A stretch of DNA of 64,000 nt from an uncultured bacterium (GCA_965369865.1 CBDURU010000002.1:53331-117330); one strand, 5' to 3'. Positions 21,132 through 31,048 are shown, counted from the first letter of the stretch. Program-made: numbers and translations. The notes: generated by a model not told the origin, from the sequence alone.

Positions 21132-22103
21132 ATGAAAAAAGCCGGAATCCTCATTTTACTTTTATTTTTACTATTAACTGCCCCACCTTATCAATCTCAC
21201 TCGAAGAAATTTAACAATCATAAAGATACTGACAGCACAGGATCGATTTCAGTTGTTGTTGAATGTCTCACGCCGGGAACCGTAATCGGTGAAATCAATA
21301 TTTTCACTTCAAATTATGATTTCAGGGAAACTGTGGAATATCCAGAAGAATGCACTGAAGTAATATTTAATAACATTCCAGAGGGATCAATATTCGTCGT
21401 CTACAGCGATCATGGCTATATAGCTATTGGTGAACCGGTTCAAGTAGATATTTTACCAGGGGAAATAACTCATGTTACTCTGGAGATACCATTTGTCGTC
21501 TTTGGGATGCCCTGCAGTGTTAAGCTTGAGATGGGTCTTGAAGGATACCTTGAGTTAATCTACAGCCATTGCCGTTCAATGGCGTTGGCTCAGGAAGACG
21601 AACTTCACATGCAATATGGAATTTGTATTGAGCAGAGAAATGACGAAATTCTTAACTCATTATCCCTGGAGAATAATAATTTAATACTGGCTATTCGCGG
21701 TGCTCTGGCAAGATTCCACAGCGCATCCTGCTGGGCAGTCGCTCCAGGGGTAAATACTATTAAACATTTTACAGCCCCGGCATATCCCAGGCGAGAGGAA
21801 TTCATTGCCGAACTTATTGAATTAATTTCAACACCCCTGGAAGTAGAATCGGAGGATCTCCAAAGATCCTTGGAGACTTTAAACGCTATTGAATTACTGC
21901 CAGACGGATATGAGGAATCGTTTGACCAAATGAACGATGGATATTGCTGTTATGATGAAATCGTTCAGGAATTACGCGATGCGATTTTGGATGTTTTCGA
22001 TGCAATTGATGATCTTCCAGATTTTGCACAAATTGAGGTTACTGATTTCATCAAGGAAAGGTATTCTGGCTGGGGTTTGCACATATCCTTAGATCACTCA
22101 TAG
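21132..22103 (+). CDS. Exported hypothetical protein
   Basis: Signal peptide MKKAGILILLLFLLL; beta-rich N-terminal part and acidic helical C-terminal part. Confidence 0.6.
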   Translation: MKKAGILILLLFLLLTAPPYQSHSKKFNNHKDTDSTGSISVVVECLTPGTVIGEINIFTSNYDFRETVEYPEECTEVIFNNIPEGSIFVVYSDHGYIAIGEPVQVDILPGEITHVTLEIPFVVFGMPCSVKLEMGLEGYLELIYSHCRSMALAQEDELHMQYGICIEQRNDEILNSLSLENNNLILAIRGALARFHSASCWAVAPGVNTIKHFTAPAYPRREEFIAELIELISTPLEVESEDLQRSLETLNAIELLPDGYEESFDQMNDGYCCYDEIVQELRDAILDVFDAIDDLPDFAQIEVTDFIKERYSGWGLHISLDHS

Positions 22104-22185
22104 ACCACTTCTGTCGGGCCGTTGAAAAAGTTGAAATCCTGAATCTCATTTTCCGGGTTCAATTGTATACTCCCCCCTTTCCATT

Positions 22186-22238
22186 GTAGGGGCGCTGCTT
22201 GCTGCGCCCGGAGAGGGCATGGCAAGCCCTGTTCCTAC
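22186..22238. repeat. GTAG-type REP dyad
   Basis: GTAGGGGCGCTGCTTGCTGCGCCC (22186-22209) facing degenerate inverse GGGCATGGCAAGCCCTGTTCCTAC (22215-22238); same family as 33933-34007. Confidence 0.8.
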
Positions 22239-22356
22239 TAAAAAGAACACTTATATACAGGGAATAGTCTAAGAAAAAAAATTTACATTCCGAATGACAG
22301 TGCCCGATCATCTCCAATATGATAAAATTCCCTTCTGATCCGGAAAGGAGTGAAAC

Positions 22357-22971
22357 ATGGCTGGCAGCGAGAAAAAACTTGGGGTGCTGGCAAGCGGTGG
22401 CGGCACTAATCTTCAGGCTATAATCGACGGATGTAAAAGTGGGAGCATCGAAGCGGAAGTAGCATTGGTTTTATCCGATGTTGGCGATGCTTACGCGCTC
22501 GAACGTGCCAGGAATGCCGGTATCGATGCAGTTCACATCCCATGGAAGAAAGGTAAAAAAGCTGAATGGGAAGCTGAAGCAGTGCGGCTCCTCAATGACG
22601 CGGGTGTGGAGCTTGTCTGTCTTGCCGGATATATGCGGATTGTTGGAAACACCTTGATGGATGCATTCCCCAACAGGATCTTAAATATCCATCCGGCAAT
22701 CCTTCCGAGTTTCCTGGGGCTACATGGCCAGCAACAGGCATTCGACTGGGGTGTGAAAGTAGCCGGTTGCACGGTTCATTTCGTGACAAGTGATCTTGAC
22801 ATGGGTCCGATAATTGTCCAGAAAGCCGTAAAAGTCGAAGAGGACGACACAGCCGATACTCTTTCCGCTCGAATTCTCAAACAGGAGCACAAGGCATATC
22901 CCGAAGCGATTAACCTTGTTCTCTCAGGTCGGACTGAAATAAAGGGACGTAAAGTCAGGATTAAAAGTTGA
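22357..22971 (+). CDS. purN: Phosphoribosylglycinamide formyltransferase
   Basis: 'LASGGGTNLQAII', 'LAGYMRI', 'NIHPAILPSF', 'GCTVHFV...DMGPII'. Confidence 0.97.
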   Translation: MAGSEKKLGVLASGGGTNLQAIIDGCKSGSIEAEVALVLSDVGDAYALERARNAGIDAVHIPWKKGKKAEWEAEAVRLLNDAGVELVCLAGYMRIVGNTLMDAFPNRILNIHPAILPSFLGLHGQQQAFDWGVKVAGCTVHFVTSDLDMGPIIVQKAVKVEEDDTADTLSARILKQEHKAYPEAINLVLSGRTEIKGRKVRIKS

Positions 22972-22986
22972 ATGATGGCTATATAA

Positions 22987-23364
22987 ATGACGAAGCCGAT
23001 TGAAAAAGAAAAAATCGATTCACTGCTTGTTGTCAGGCTTAAAAGCGACCTTTCCAGCTATAGCCTTGACTTACTGAAAAGTGAGGTTGTTTCGGAGATA
23101 AAAAAATCCGGTTACTGCCGGTTGCTTGTTAATCTCAGCGACGTTGATTACATTACATCGGGAGACATCGGTGTGTTTGTCCAGCTTTTTCATTACCTGG
23201 ATGCGGCCTGCGGAGAGTCAGGCTCCACCGAACCGGTGGTTTTCGGTCTGTCAAATCTGGATTCCTTTGTGCTTGATGTAATCCATATGACCCGACTCGA
23301 TACTGTTTTCAAAATTTACAAAACAGAAGAGGAAGCGATTAAGGACCTCACAAGTGAAAAGTAA
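22987..23364 (+). CDS. STAS-domain protein
   Basis: 'LLVNLSDVDYITSGDIG...VIHMTRLDTVFKIYKTEEEAI'. Confidence 0.85.
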   Translation: MTKPIEKEKIDSLLVVRLKSDLSSYSLDLLKSEVVSEIKKSGYCRLLVNLSDVDYITSGDIGVFVQLFHYLDAACGESGSTEPVVFGLSNLDSFVLDVIHMTRLDTVFKIYKTEEEAIKDLTSEK

Positions 23365-25510
23365 TCCACAACAATTCAAGCCATATATTCTCTACATTAC
23401 CTTCCTGATCCTGGTTTTTACACTTACAGCCTGCCCTGCCCCCGAAAACGGTGATATCGAATCTGATCCGGATATCTATCTCGAAATTCCTCCACCCGGT
23501 ACCGAATTCATATACGTTGAAAGTCTAGTCGCATGGGAATTTCAATCACATCCCAGGGTTATGGCAGGTTCCGGAAGAAACCAGCAATCCGAACACTTTA
23601 TTAATACCATGTTGGGTCAAAACCTTCTGGATCTCGCTGATTCATCAAAAATCCGGATGGATTCCGATCCTGATTATCACGAGGCTGTAGCACCAGTCGC
23701 CCTGGCATGGGGATATATAATTACAGGGGATGAAGAGTACTTAGAATCGGTTCGTAATTCTCTCGAATGGCTGTTGGATTTTCCCAGGCTTGTTAAATAT
23801 CCCGAAGGTGACAATATCGCGTTCCTGCAGCAAGCGATGGCTTTGGGTGGTGTGTACGATCTGCTTTATGATGAATTTAATGAGGATGAACGTACGGAAA
23901 TTGAAACGGTTCTGAGGGAAACGGTTTTTCATACTCTTGCGTACAAGGTAACCGAGTACGACAAGGAGATCAATTTCTGGGCGAACGATCCTGACACAAA
24001 CTACTTCCTTATTTTCCATTCCACGGCGGGGTTGGTCTCGATAATTCTTACCGACATCGAACCGGACGCAGCAGAACTTGCCGGGCATTGCTGGGAAAGG
24101 GTCCGGGAATCGATGGATGCTTTTGCTGATGAAAATGGCTGGCGGGAAGGGCTGACCTATCTTGATTTCTGCTGGGGGCAGTCCGCTCTTTATTTCCTCC
24201 TTGCTGTTGAGGGAAATTCAGACCTTAAACCATTCGATGAATCCTGGTTCGATGCGAGTGTACGCTGGGCATGGTGGGGAGCTTTACCCGACAGGGAAAC
24301 AATCGCTTGTTTCGGCGATAATGAACCTGAGAATTACTCTGTTGGCAGCTATCTGTTCCGGGCCGGGATCCTGTCTGTAAATGAAGATTACCTGTGGGAA
24401 GCTGATGCCACGAGCCAGGTCCGGGAAATGGCACTCGACCTCCCCTTGTTCGCGGCAATGTGCCTTGGACGACCTGCCTCCGTTCTCACGGATGATGGAG
24501 ATTCTATCACCGACCAGGAAATCTATGCCGAGTTTTACCCGGACCTGGAATGGTACATCAGCAACTTGAGCGATGATCCCGGTTGGAATAAAGGAATAAC
24601 AACAGAATATTTTCCGGGCATTGAATGGGGATTTATAAGGGCGGGAAGTGCGGATCCCGGTTTGAATATCGAAGATGATTTTTACCTGGCTTTCAAATCA
24701 GGGGTGTCGGGTTACGATCACAATCATCTCGACCAGGGTTCGATGATACTTGCGGCGTATTCTGAGATCCTGCTTTCAGATCCCGGACGTGGTGGTCCGG
24801 ACATCATACGTCAGGACCCTTACATTAACTGTCTTTTTGAATCCGGACTCGGGCACAATACGCTTATCTTCGATGACGGCTGCTACATGGACCTCGACCT
24901 CTTCCCCGATAACCCGGACTATTTCTCAGACAAGGGATCGATTACTTCTTACTTTGAGAATAATGCCATCATCCAATACACAACAGAGAACTCCGGACTG
25001 TATCCCACCGAACCCCTGGATACATATAGAAGGACTTTTCTCTACATTAAACCCGGGGTGATCGACGATTATGATCTCGGGGCGTTGGTAATTGCGGACA
25101 GGGTCCTTTTAACAACGGAAAAAAACCATTCATTTCTGTTTCACACTCCCGGTGAGGTCGAGTTGATTGAAACAGGAGTCGCGAAGCTGATAAATAACGG
25201 CGCAAGGCTGGATTATTTTGGTTTCTGCACTATCCCGACCATCGATAACGCCGAGAGACAGGAGACATCGATGGAATCGCGCGACTCAACGTGTTATTTC
25301 CGGACCATCGACACACTGTCCGCCGGCAGCGACTGGATACACGTGCTTGTACCGAAACGTGTTGACGATCCCGATTCACCCCGTCCTGAATTTACAATGC
25401 ATCCGCTGGGAATAACTGTCCGGTGGGACGACCATGTGATAGATTTTATTGTCCGTCGAAATCTGGGATGGGTAGTGGAAATTGAATGGCCGGTTGTTAT
25501 TTCAAACTAA
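23354..25510 (+). CDS. Heparinase II/III-like polysaccharide lyase lipoprotein
   Basis: Lipobox LTAC; 'GWREGLTY', 'FGDN', 'HNHLDQGS...DPG', 'GHNTL' motifs. Confidence 0.75.
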   Translation: MKSNPQQFKPYILYITFLILVFTLTACPAPENGDIESDPDIYLEIPPPGTEFIYVESLVAWEFQSHPRVMAGSGRNQQSEHFINTMLGQNLLDLADSSKIRMDSDPDYHEAVAPVALAWGYIITGDEEYLESVRNSLEWLLDFPRLVKYPEGDNIAFLQQAMALGGVYDLLYDEFNEDERTEIETVLRETVFHTLAYKVTEYDKEINFWANDPDTNYFLIFHSTAGLVSIILTDIEPDAAELAGHCWERVRESMDAFADENGWREGLTYLDFCWGQSALYFLLAVEGNSDLKPFDESWFDASVRWAWWGALPDRETIACFGDNEPENYSVGSYLFRAGILSVNEDYLWEADATSQVREMALDLPLFAAMCLGRPASVLTDDGDSITDQEIYAEFYPDLEWYISNLSDDPGWNKGITTEYFPGIEWGFIRAGSADPGLNIEDDFYLAFKSGVSGYDHNHLDQGSMILAAYSEILLSDPGRGGPDIIRQDPYINCLFESGLGHNTLIFDDGCYMDLDLFPDNPDYFSDKGSITSYFENNAIIQYTTENSGLYPTEPLDTYRRTFLYIKPGVIDDYDLGALVIADRVLLTTEKNHSFLFHTPGEVELIETGVAKLINNGARLDYFGFCTIPTIDNAERQETSMESRDSTCYFRTIDTLSAGSDWIHVLVPKRVDDPDSPRPEFTMHPLGITVRWDDHVIDFIVRRNLGWVVEIEWPVVISN

Positions 25511-25517
25511 ATAATGT

Positions 25518-25756
25518 AACCGGGGACACCTTCAACTCGTGGCCGAGTGGAAAGGCGTCCCCGATTATCACGGAGCGCGGAGCCCCAGCTCTGCTTCCAT
25601 TAATAATTAATACAATCACTCTCCATGCCCGGGTGCCATTCACAAGCGACCCCCAACGCGGTCCACTCTGAGTTTGTCGACGAACGATTATCTCCCAACC
25701 CATGACAAAAAAACCGGGGACACCTTCAACTCGTGGCCGAGTGGAAAGGCGTCCCC
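25518..25756. repeat. Two identical 45-bp direct copies of a GGGGACAC-type palindrome
   Basis: AACCGGGGACACCTTCAACTCGTGGCCGAGTGGAAAGGCGTCCCC at 25518-25562 and 25712-25756. Confidence 0.9.
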
Positions 25757-25812
25757 AGTTTTTTTATTAATACGTGACCTTCTCAAAATAAACGATAAAA
25801 ATAAACGATAGA

Positions 25813-25885
25813 CCGTAGAACAGCACGGCAGTGCGTCTTCCACCTTAAAACAATCCGTTCGACGCACTGCCGTGCTGTTCTACGG
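25813..25885. repeat. Perfect 25-bp inverted repeat (GTAG-type REP dyad); may also act as a terminator
   Basis: CCGTAGAACAGCACGGCAGTGCGTC ... GACGCACTGCCGTGCTGTTCTACGG followed by a T run. Confidence 0.85.
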
Positions 25886-25916
25886 GTTTTTTTCAATTCT
25901 CATTTTAATCACACGC

Positions 25917-26282
25917 TTACGTGGATAATACTATTATCACCAGTTTGACGGCTGCTGCGTTCAACATCAGGGTTCCGATAACCATGGCGTACGGGTACAG
26001 CATCATGTCGCCGAGACGGCGCCAGGTCAGTTGCATGTGCCATCCGATCATTGAAAGTGCCAGGAAAATAATGTGAAAACCGACCAGGAGTATCCTGAAA
26101 TCCCACACCTGGATCAAGTTATAGTTCTGGTATTGCCTGAGGATAATAAAAGCCATAGACCATACAACAAGGACTGCAATTAATATGTTAACAATGATTA
26201 TCCACGAAAGAATCCGGTAGCCAAACGGCATCAATTGTGCAGTGGAGTTCTGATTGTCAAAATTTTTCTCCGGTAATGTCAT
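25917..26282 (-). CDS. Small three-TM membrane protein
   Basis: 121 aa, hydrophobic; immediately downstream of the leuC-like gene. Confidence 0.6.
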   Translation of the reverse strand: MTLPEKNFDNQNSTAQLMPFGYRILSWIIIVNILIAVLVVWSMAFIILRQYQNYNLIQVWDFRILLVGFHIIFLALSMIGWHMQLTWRRLGDMMLYPYAMVIGTLMLNAAAVKLVIIVLST

Positions 26283-26303
26283 ATCCTGGAAATGGTGGAG
26301 TAA

Positions 26304-27569
26304 CTAACCCGCGACTTGGTTGGGATCGGTGATTCTCCCTGTTACGGCAGTTGCCGCGGCTGTCTCGGGTCCGGCAAGGTAAATCCTGCTGTCCGGATCT
26401 CCCATTCGCCCCTTGAAATTCCGGTTCGATGTGCTGAGGCAGATTTCACCCGCCGCAAGCACCCCGGAATGCCCACCGATACATGGCCCGCATCCCGGTG
26501 TCAGCACCGCACCTCCCGCGTCGATAATTTTCTCGATCAGGCCTTCCTTAAGTGAATTAATAAACACATCCTGGGTAGCAGGGATTACTATCACCCGTGT
26601 ATGCGGTGAAAATGAATTATCGCCAAGGACTTCTATAAAATTTCTAATGTCTTCAATGGTCCCATTTGAACAACTGCCCAGAAAAACCTGGTTGACTTCT
26701 ATTTCACTTAGTTCGGAAACCGGGACAACATTGGCGGGACTGTCCGGAACGGCAACGAGGGATTCAAGGTGGGAGACATCGATTGATGAAACCCCGTAAT
26801 AAGACGCGTCATCGTCCGGTAAAACCGGATTATATTCCCGGTTCGATCTTTCTGACAGCCAGGATTTAACCGTTTCATCAGGATGGATCATTACCGATGT
26901 TGCCCCTGTTTCAGCACCCATGTTCGCGATTGTTATCCTGTCTGAAACGGTAAGGTATTCAAATGCCGGGCCGGTAATTTCAAGGGCATCGTTCATAGCC
27001 CCCTCAACTCCAATATTCCCGAGGATATTAAGAACTATATCTTTTCCCCCGATGAAACGGCCGGGTTTTCCGGTGATCTCAATTTTCCTTGTCTTCGGAA
27101 CCGCCAGCCACATTTCCCCAAGCGCCATCAACGCCGCGAGATCGGTGGCGCCGATTCCGATTCCCAACGCGCCGAGAGCGCCGGCTGTGGTTGTATGGCT
27201 GTCGGCTCCGGCTAAAAACATCCCCGGACGAATCATACCCTCCATAAGTAAAAGTATATGGCATATTCCGCCCTGCCCAATCTCGTAGTATTTTTTTATC
27301 CCCTGCTCCTTTGCGAATTCACGCATCGCCTGGCCAAGCTCAGCGGACTTGATATCCTTCGCGGGTTGAAAATGGTCCTGGATGAGAACGAGCTTATCGG
27401 GATCCGCAACCTTTTCGATCCCGATTTCCCTGAATATGTTAATTGCATGGGGTGCCGTAAGGTCGTGGCCCATAATCAGGTCTGGACGGCACTGGATCGT
27501 ATCGCCCGCAGTACACGTTTCGACGTCTGAATGCTCAGAAAGTATCTTTTCGACAATCGTCCGACCCAT
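26304..27569 (-). CDS. leuC: Isopropylmalate dehydratase / homoaconitase large subunit (short LeuC/HacA type)
   Basis: 'DH', 'GICH', 'ADSHT', 'GSCSNG', 'GCGPCIG', 'NRNFKGRMG' aconitase-family motifs. Substrate cannot be determined. Confidence 0.85.
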   Translation of the reverse strand: MGRTIVEKILSEHSDVETCTAGDTIQCRPDLIMGHDLTAPHAINIFREIGIEKVADPDKLVLIQDHFQPAKDIKSAELGQAMREFAKEQGIKKYYEIGQGGICHILLLMEGMIRPGMFLAGADSHTTTAGALGALGIGIGATDLAALMALGEMWLAVPKTRKIEITGKPGRFIGGKDIVLNILGNIGVEGAMNDALEITGPAFEYLTVSDRITIANMGAETGATSVMIHPDETVKSWLSERSNREYNPVLPDDDASYYGVSSIDVSHLESLVAVPDSPANVVPVSELSEIEVNQVFLGSCSNGTIEDIRNFIEVLGDNSFSPHTRVIVIPATQDVFINSLKEGLIEKIIDAGGAVLTPGCGPCIGGHSGVLAAGEICLSTSNRNFKGRMGDPDSRIYLAGPETAAATAVTGRITDPNQVAG

Positions 27570-27644
27570 GGTTCCACCAGTCAGCGTACATTACCTTAAA
27601 ACCAATACACGTGGCAACGTCGGAATTCAGAATTAACGATTAAT

Positions 27645-27936
27645 AGCCTCTAACAAAATGAGCAAAATTCATGAACCGGGTGCCACCCATGGGTTAACTT
27701 GCTTATGGGTGATGTAGCGTAACTCAGAGGCACGACCGTCAGGGAGTGCACTAACAGTAGCCCGCGCGTAAGCAAGGCTCATTTGTGCGTTACTAGATCA
27801 GTTATCAGTGCACTCCCTGCACTCCCTGACGGTCGTGCCTCTGAGACGGCATAATAGACACCGGTACCGGGTGATGCAGACTGAACCCTTGAATCAACAA
27901 GCGATAATTCAATGCAAACTCATTTTGTTAGAGGCT
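27645..27936. mobile_element. 292-bp MITE-like element with 18-bp perfect TIRs and a nested 28-bp inverted repeat
   Basis: AGCCTCTAACAAAATGAG (27645-27662) / CTCATTTTGTTAGAGGCT (27919-27936). Inner CTCAGAGGCACGACCGTCAGGGAGTGCA (27723-27750) with its inverse at 27818-27845. Confidence 0.8.
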
Positions 27937-27955
27937 CTAAGGAAATCTTAAATAA

Positions 27956-29296
27956 TCAGCCGGACCCGAACTGGACGCCGATGAGGGCAAGTCTAAAATT
28001 TACAATGATAGAAATTATGCACCATGCCCAGAAAACCCCGATATCTCCCCAGCCTTTTTTGCCACCGTGACGCGCGGATTCAGCCCCGATTATCACCATC
28101 AAACCAAGAGGAATCGTAAGCAGGAGGTGGTAGAATTCGTGGCCTGGCACCCAGAAACTAAGGAAAACCAGGAGCGGAGCGATCCACAACAGGCACAGGT
28201 ACAGCCACCACCGGTTGATAGGGGTAAGTTTTTTAAGATTCAGAACGGCTGTCACCCAGAACGCCGGTAAGACAGCAACCAATGCGGTGAAGAAAGGGTT
28301 CAGGAAGAGCAACCCAAAAGTCCGCTGGTTGTCATAGAAAAATCCAATGAAAGTGCCCAGGTTTGTGAAAAATCCCTGGATTCCCCCGCCGGTCCAGTAT
28401 TTATCGCCCTGTGCGTAAAGGGTTGTGTATTTGAAAATATTTACGAAACTCAATTCACCGACCGATGAAAGCGCGCTACCGATTATTATTAAATATACAA
28501 CAACAGGGATTCCGATCGTCAGGGCGGTCATTATAAAAAATTCCCTCCACCGGACATTTTCTCCTATCCTCATTCTGCTATGGACCAGGATAGCGATACC
28601 GATAAGGATAAAAATTGCCATTAAGCTGACAATCTGGTGAAAGAGAATTCCTGTCGCGAACCACCATCCTGTCCGTACAAGATATTTCCCATCGTTGGTA
28701 ACGGTAAAAGCGTGGATGCTCCCAACAGTGATTGCGAGCAGGAACATTGGAATCGAATACTGTGAACCATCGGTCGCGTAGCGGAAAAAAGTGACGCTCG
28801 AACCGAGGAACAGGAACCATGGAATCGCATACGGAGTACGCGGGAAGAGCCTTATTATCAGTAAATAAAGGAGGTAAAGTGTTCCGGCGGATGCAAGACC
28901 GTTCCATAAACGAAGGAACATCCAGGAATTGATGTCGGGTAGAAAGGACCTGGTAATTCGGAAGAGTACGGCATTGGTCGGGACAAACATGAGATGGTGC
29001 GGGTTCCAGATTGCCCACCATCCAGCCTCGCTAACAAGCCTTCCGAGCCTGTCGGTTACTTCGAGAGGTACATTTTCCGCGCGGGGAGCTGTGGCCCTGG
29101 CTTCGGTGGGAAAAAACAGGTTCCCATCCATCGTGGCGAATTCCTCAAGTTCGCCAGCCCAGCCGTGAACATCACCGTTAGGGTACTTGATATTCGGGAG
29201 AGAAAGATAGGCCGCGAGAAATATCAAGGTGAGAATCCATCCGATGATGATTTCGCGTCTGGAGGGAAGTTTTATCCGGTTATTTTCCTGGACCAT
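27956..29296 (-). CDS. Polytopic membrane protein, probable GT-C glycosyltransferase
   Basis: Roughly ten TM segments; first-loop acidic 'NGD', 'NPHHL', 'ILFHQ' motifs. Co-oriented with the DUF2723 gene. Confidence 0.55.
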   Translation of the reverse strand: MVQENNRIKLPSRREIIIGWILTLIFLAAYLSLPNIKYPNGDVHGWAGELEEFATMDGNLFFPTEARATAPRAENVPLEVTDRLGRLVSEAGWWAIWNPHHLMFVPTNAVLFRITRSFLPDINSWMFLRLWNGLASAGTLYLLYLLIIRLFPRTPYAIPWFLFLGSSVTFFRYATDGSQYSIPMFLLAITVGSIHAFTVTNDGKYLVRTGWWFATGILFHQIVSLMAIFILIGIAILVHSRMRIGENVRWREFFIMTALTIGIPVVVYLIIIGSALSSVGELSFVNIFKYTTLYAQGDKYWTGGGIQGFFTNLGTFIGFFYDNQRTFGLLFLNPFFTALVAVLPAFWVTAVLNLKKLTPINRWWLYLCLLWIAPLLVFLSFWVPGHEFYHLLLTIPLGLMVIIGAESARHGGKKGWGDIGVFWAWCIISIIVNFRLALIGVQFGSG

Positions 29297-29318
29297 AATG
29301 GCAGCATATTATTATACG

Positions 29319-30986
29319 TTAAAAGGACAGGCTCTCAATTTCCATGGGCGGATAAACACGATACATAAGCCCAACCGCATTAAACGTGTAACCTTTATCA
29401 GAAAGGGATTTCACGATCGCCCCGATATAAATGGGACGATTTTCGATATTATTTTCAATTATCCATGCCGCGATATCGGCATCCTTGTCCGGCGCAACAA
29501 TTACTTCATCCGGAAGTACAAGGTCGGGATATTTTCTTCGCAGGAGATCCAGACCCCAGTCGAACCCGGCATGCTCTACAAAAATCACCGCGACATCGTC
29601 CCGCGTATCGGCATATTCGATCTCCCGGTAATACCACAGCGTGAAAGCCCGTTCGTAGCGGACCTCCAATACTACAGCGTTCTCCTCGAACGATTCGAAC
29701 GATTCCTCACCGAACTGAATCGCCTCACGGTTTCCTGAAAGATCCACTTCGTGCCAGTGGCCTGTAAGTCCAAAAATCGGAGCCGATATAAGGATCAGAA
29801 CCGCTATAAATTTACCGATTGGAACCAGTTTTCGAGGTGCGTCGACAAGAAATACGATCCCCCATCCAGCCCAGATCGCGGACGCCCAGATCATCGGAAG
29901 TAAATAGCCTTCGGGGTCCCATATAGCATAATTTGCGAGGCTGTAGAGACTCGAAGCAGTTATAAGCATAGTGTAGACAAGGAGAATCACGATCCCACGG
30001 TTACGGGCGAGGAGAAGCTTTATCAATCCGAGCATTGCGGCCAGTGCACCGATACTGCCCAGTTCCCCTGGAATTGATGAGTACCGCATAATCTGGTTAA
30101 GCATCTGAAACGGGAGCATTGAATACATGAGCATACGGAATTGCCGTCCGGACACCACCCAGAGGAAATTCTCAGCGGTTTCTGGATTACCCCAGTCGAG
30201 CGGCGGGTTCATTGAAGAACGTATCGGGAGATAAAGGTAGGTGAGGAGACCGATCGACAGCCAGAGTAATCCGGTCCCGATTTCCTTCGGTTTCGGATGT
30301 ACTTTACCGAAGATCCAGACCACCAGGATTCCCGGAAGTAAAAACAGGCTCGTAAGGTGGTTGGCCATGGCCAGGCCCCAGGACAGTCCCAGCCAGAGAA
30401 TTAACCGGCCTCTTCGTCTGCCGAGTTCCCCGGAATTTTTCCCTTCATCAATATTTTTCGCGATTATAAGGAGTTCAATCAGGATCCAGCCGATAAGTGC
30501 GGTAAAAAACAGGTTCAGCGAATAAACTTCCGTAACCACGGACAGTTTCCAGACATCGGTGGCAAATGCGAGGAGCAATCCGGAGGAAACCGACGCGACA
30601 GCTTTCAGGAAAGATGTCAAACGGGATTGAATATTTACCTCCAGGAGGCTGAAACCGGCCCAGACCGCCCTTACCGTTAATGCAGCCGCCAGGGCTCCCC
30701 AGAACGCGCTGAATAAATTCATCCTCCATGCGACAGTGCCGATCGCGACGACATGGCTCCATATCCAGCCGGTCATACAGAACAGGGGGTATCCGGTCGG
30801 ATGCGGGATTCCCAGGGTCCAGCATGCGGTGATAAGGTCGCCTGAATCTTCCGAGTGATGCGCCCAGCTCACTCCGGGAGAAAGGGTCATTATGTAAACA
30901 GCAAAAGAAACCAATCCAACCCACAGGCTGAGATGAACAGGAAGGGATAAGCGGAAAGGTTTCTTGCTCGGATCGACCGATGCCAT
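29319..30986 (-). CDS. DUF2723 / TMEM260-family GT-C protein (putative protein O-mannosyltransferase)
   Basis: 'DSGDL...LGIPHPTGYPL', 'RMNLFSA', 'EVYSL', 'NHLT', 'YLYLPIRS...PPLDWGNP' signature. Confidence 0.85.
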   Translation of the reverse strand: MASVDPSKKPFRLSLPVHLSLWVGLVSFAVYIMTLSPGVSWAHHSEDSGDLITACWTLGIPHPTGYPLFCMTGWIWSHVVAIGTVAWRMNLFSAFWGALAAALTVRAVWAGFSLLEVNIQSRLTSFLKAVASVSSGLLLAFATDVWKLSVVTEVYSLNLFFTALIGWILIELLIIAKNIDEGKNSGELGRRRGRLILWLGLSWGLAMANHLTSLFLLPGILVVWIFGKVHPKPKEIGTGLLWLSIGLLTYLYLPIRSSMNPPLDWGNPETAENFLWVVSGRQFRMLMYSMLPFQMLNQIMRYSSIPGELGSIGALAAMLGLIKLLLARNRGIVILLVYTMLITASSLYSLANYAIWDPEGYLLPMIWASAIWAGWGIVFLVDAPRKLVPIGKFIAVLILISAPIFGLTGHWHEVDLSGNREAIQFGEESFESFEENAVVLEVRYERAFTLWYYREIEYADTRDDVAVIFVEHAGFDWGLDLLRRKYPDLVLPDEVIVAPDKDADIAAWIIENNIENRPIYIGAIVKSLSDKGYTFNAVGLMYRVYPPMEIESLSF

Positions 30987-31048
30987 AAAGTGATTTTACT
31001 TCCTGTAATACCCATATGTAAAACTGATTCTTGTGCTAAACTTCAATT

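Noticed and set aside
25518..25756. CRISPR array from the two identical 45-bp palindromic repeats
   Set aside because: Only two copies, a 149-bp spacer, no cas genes, and related copies occur inverted elsewhere.
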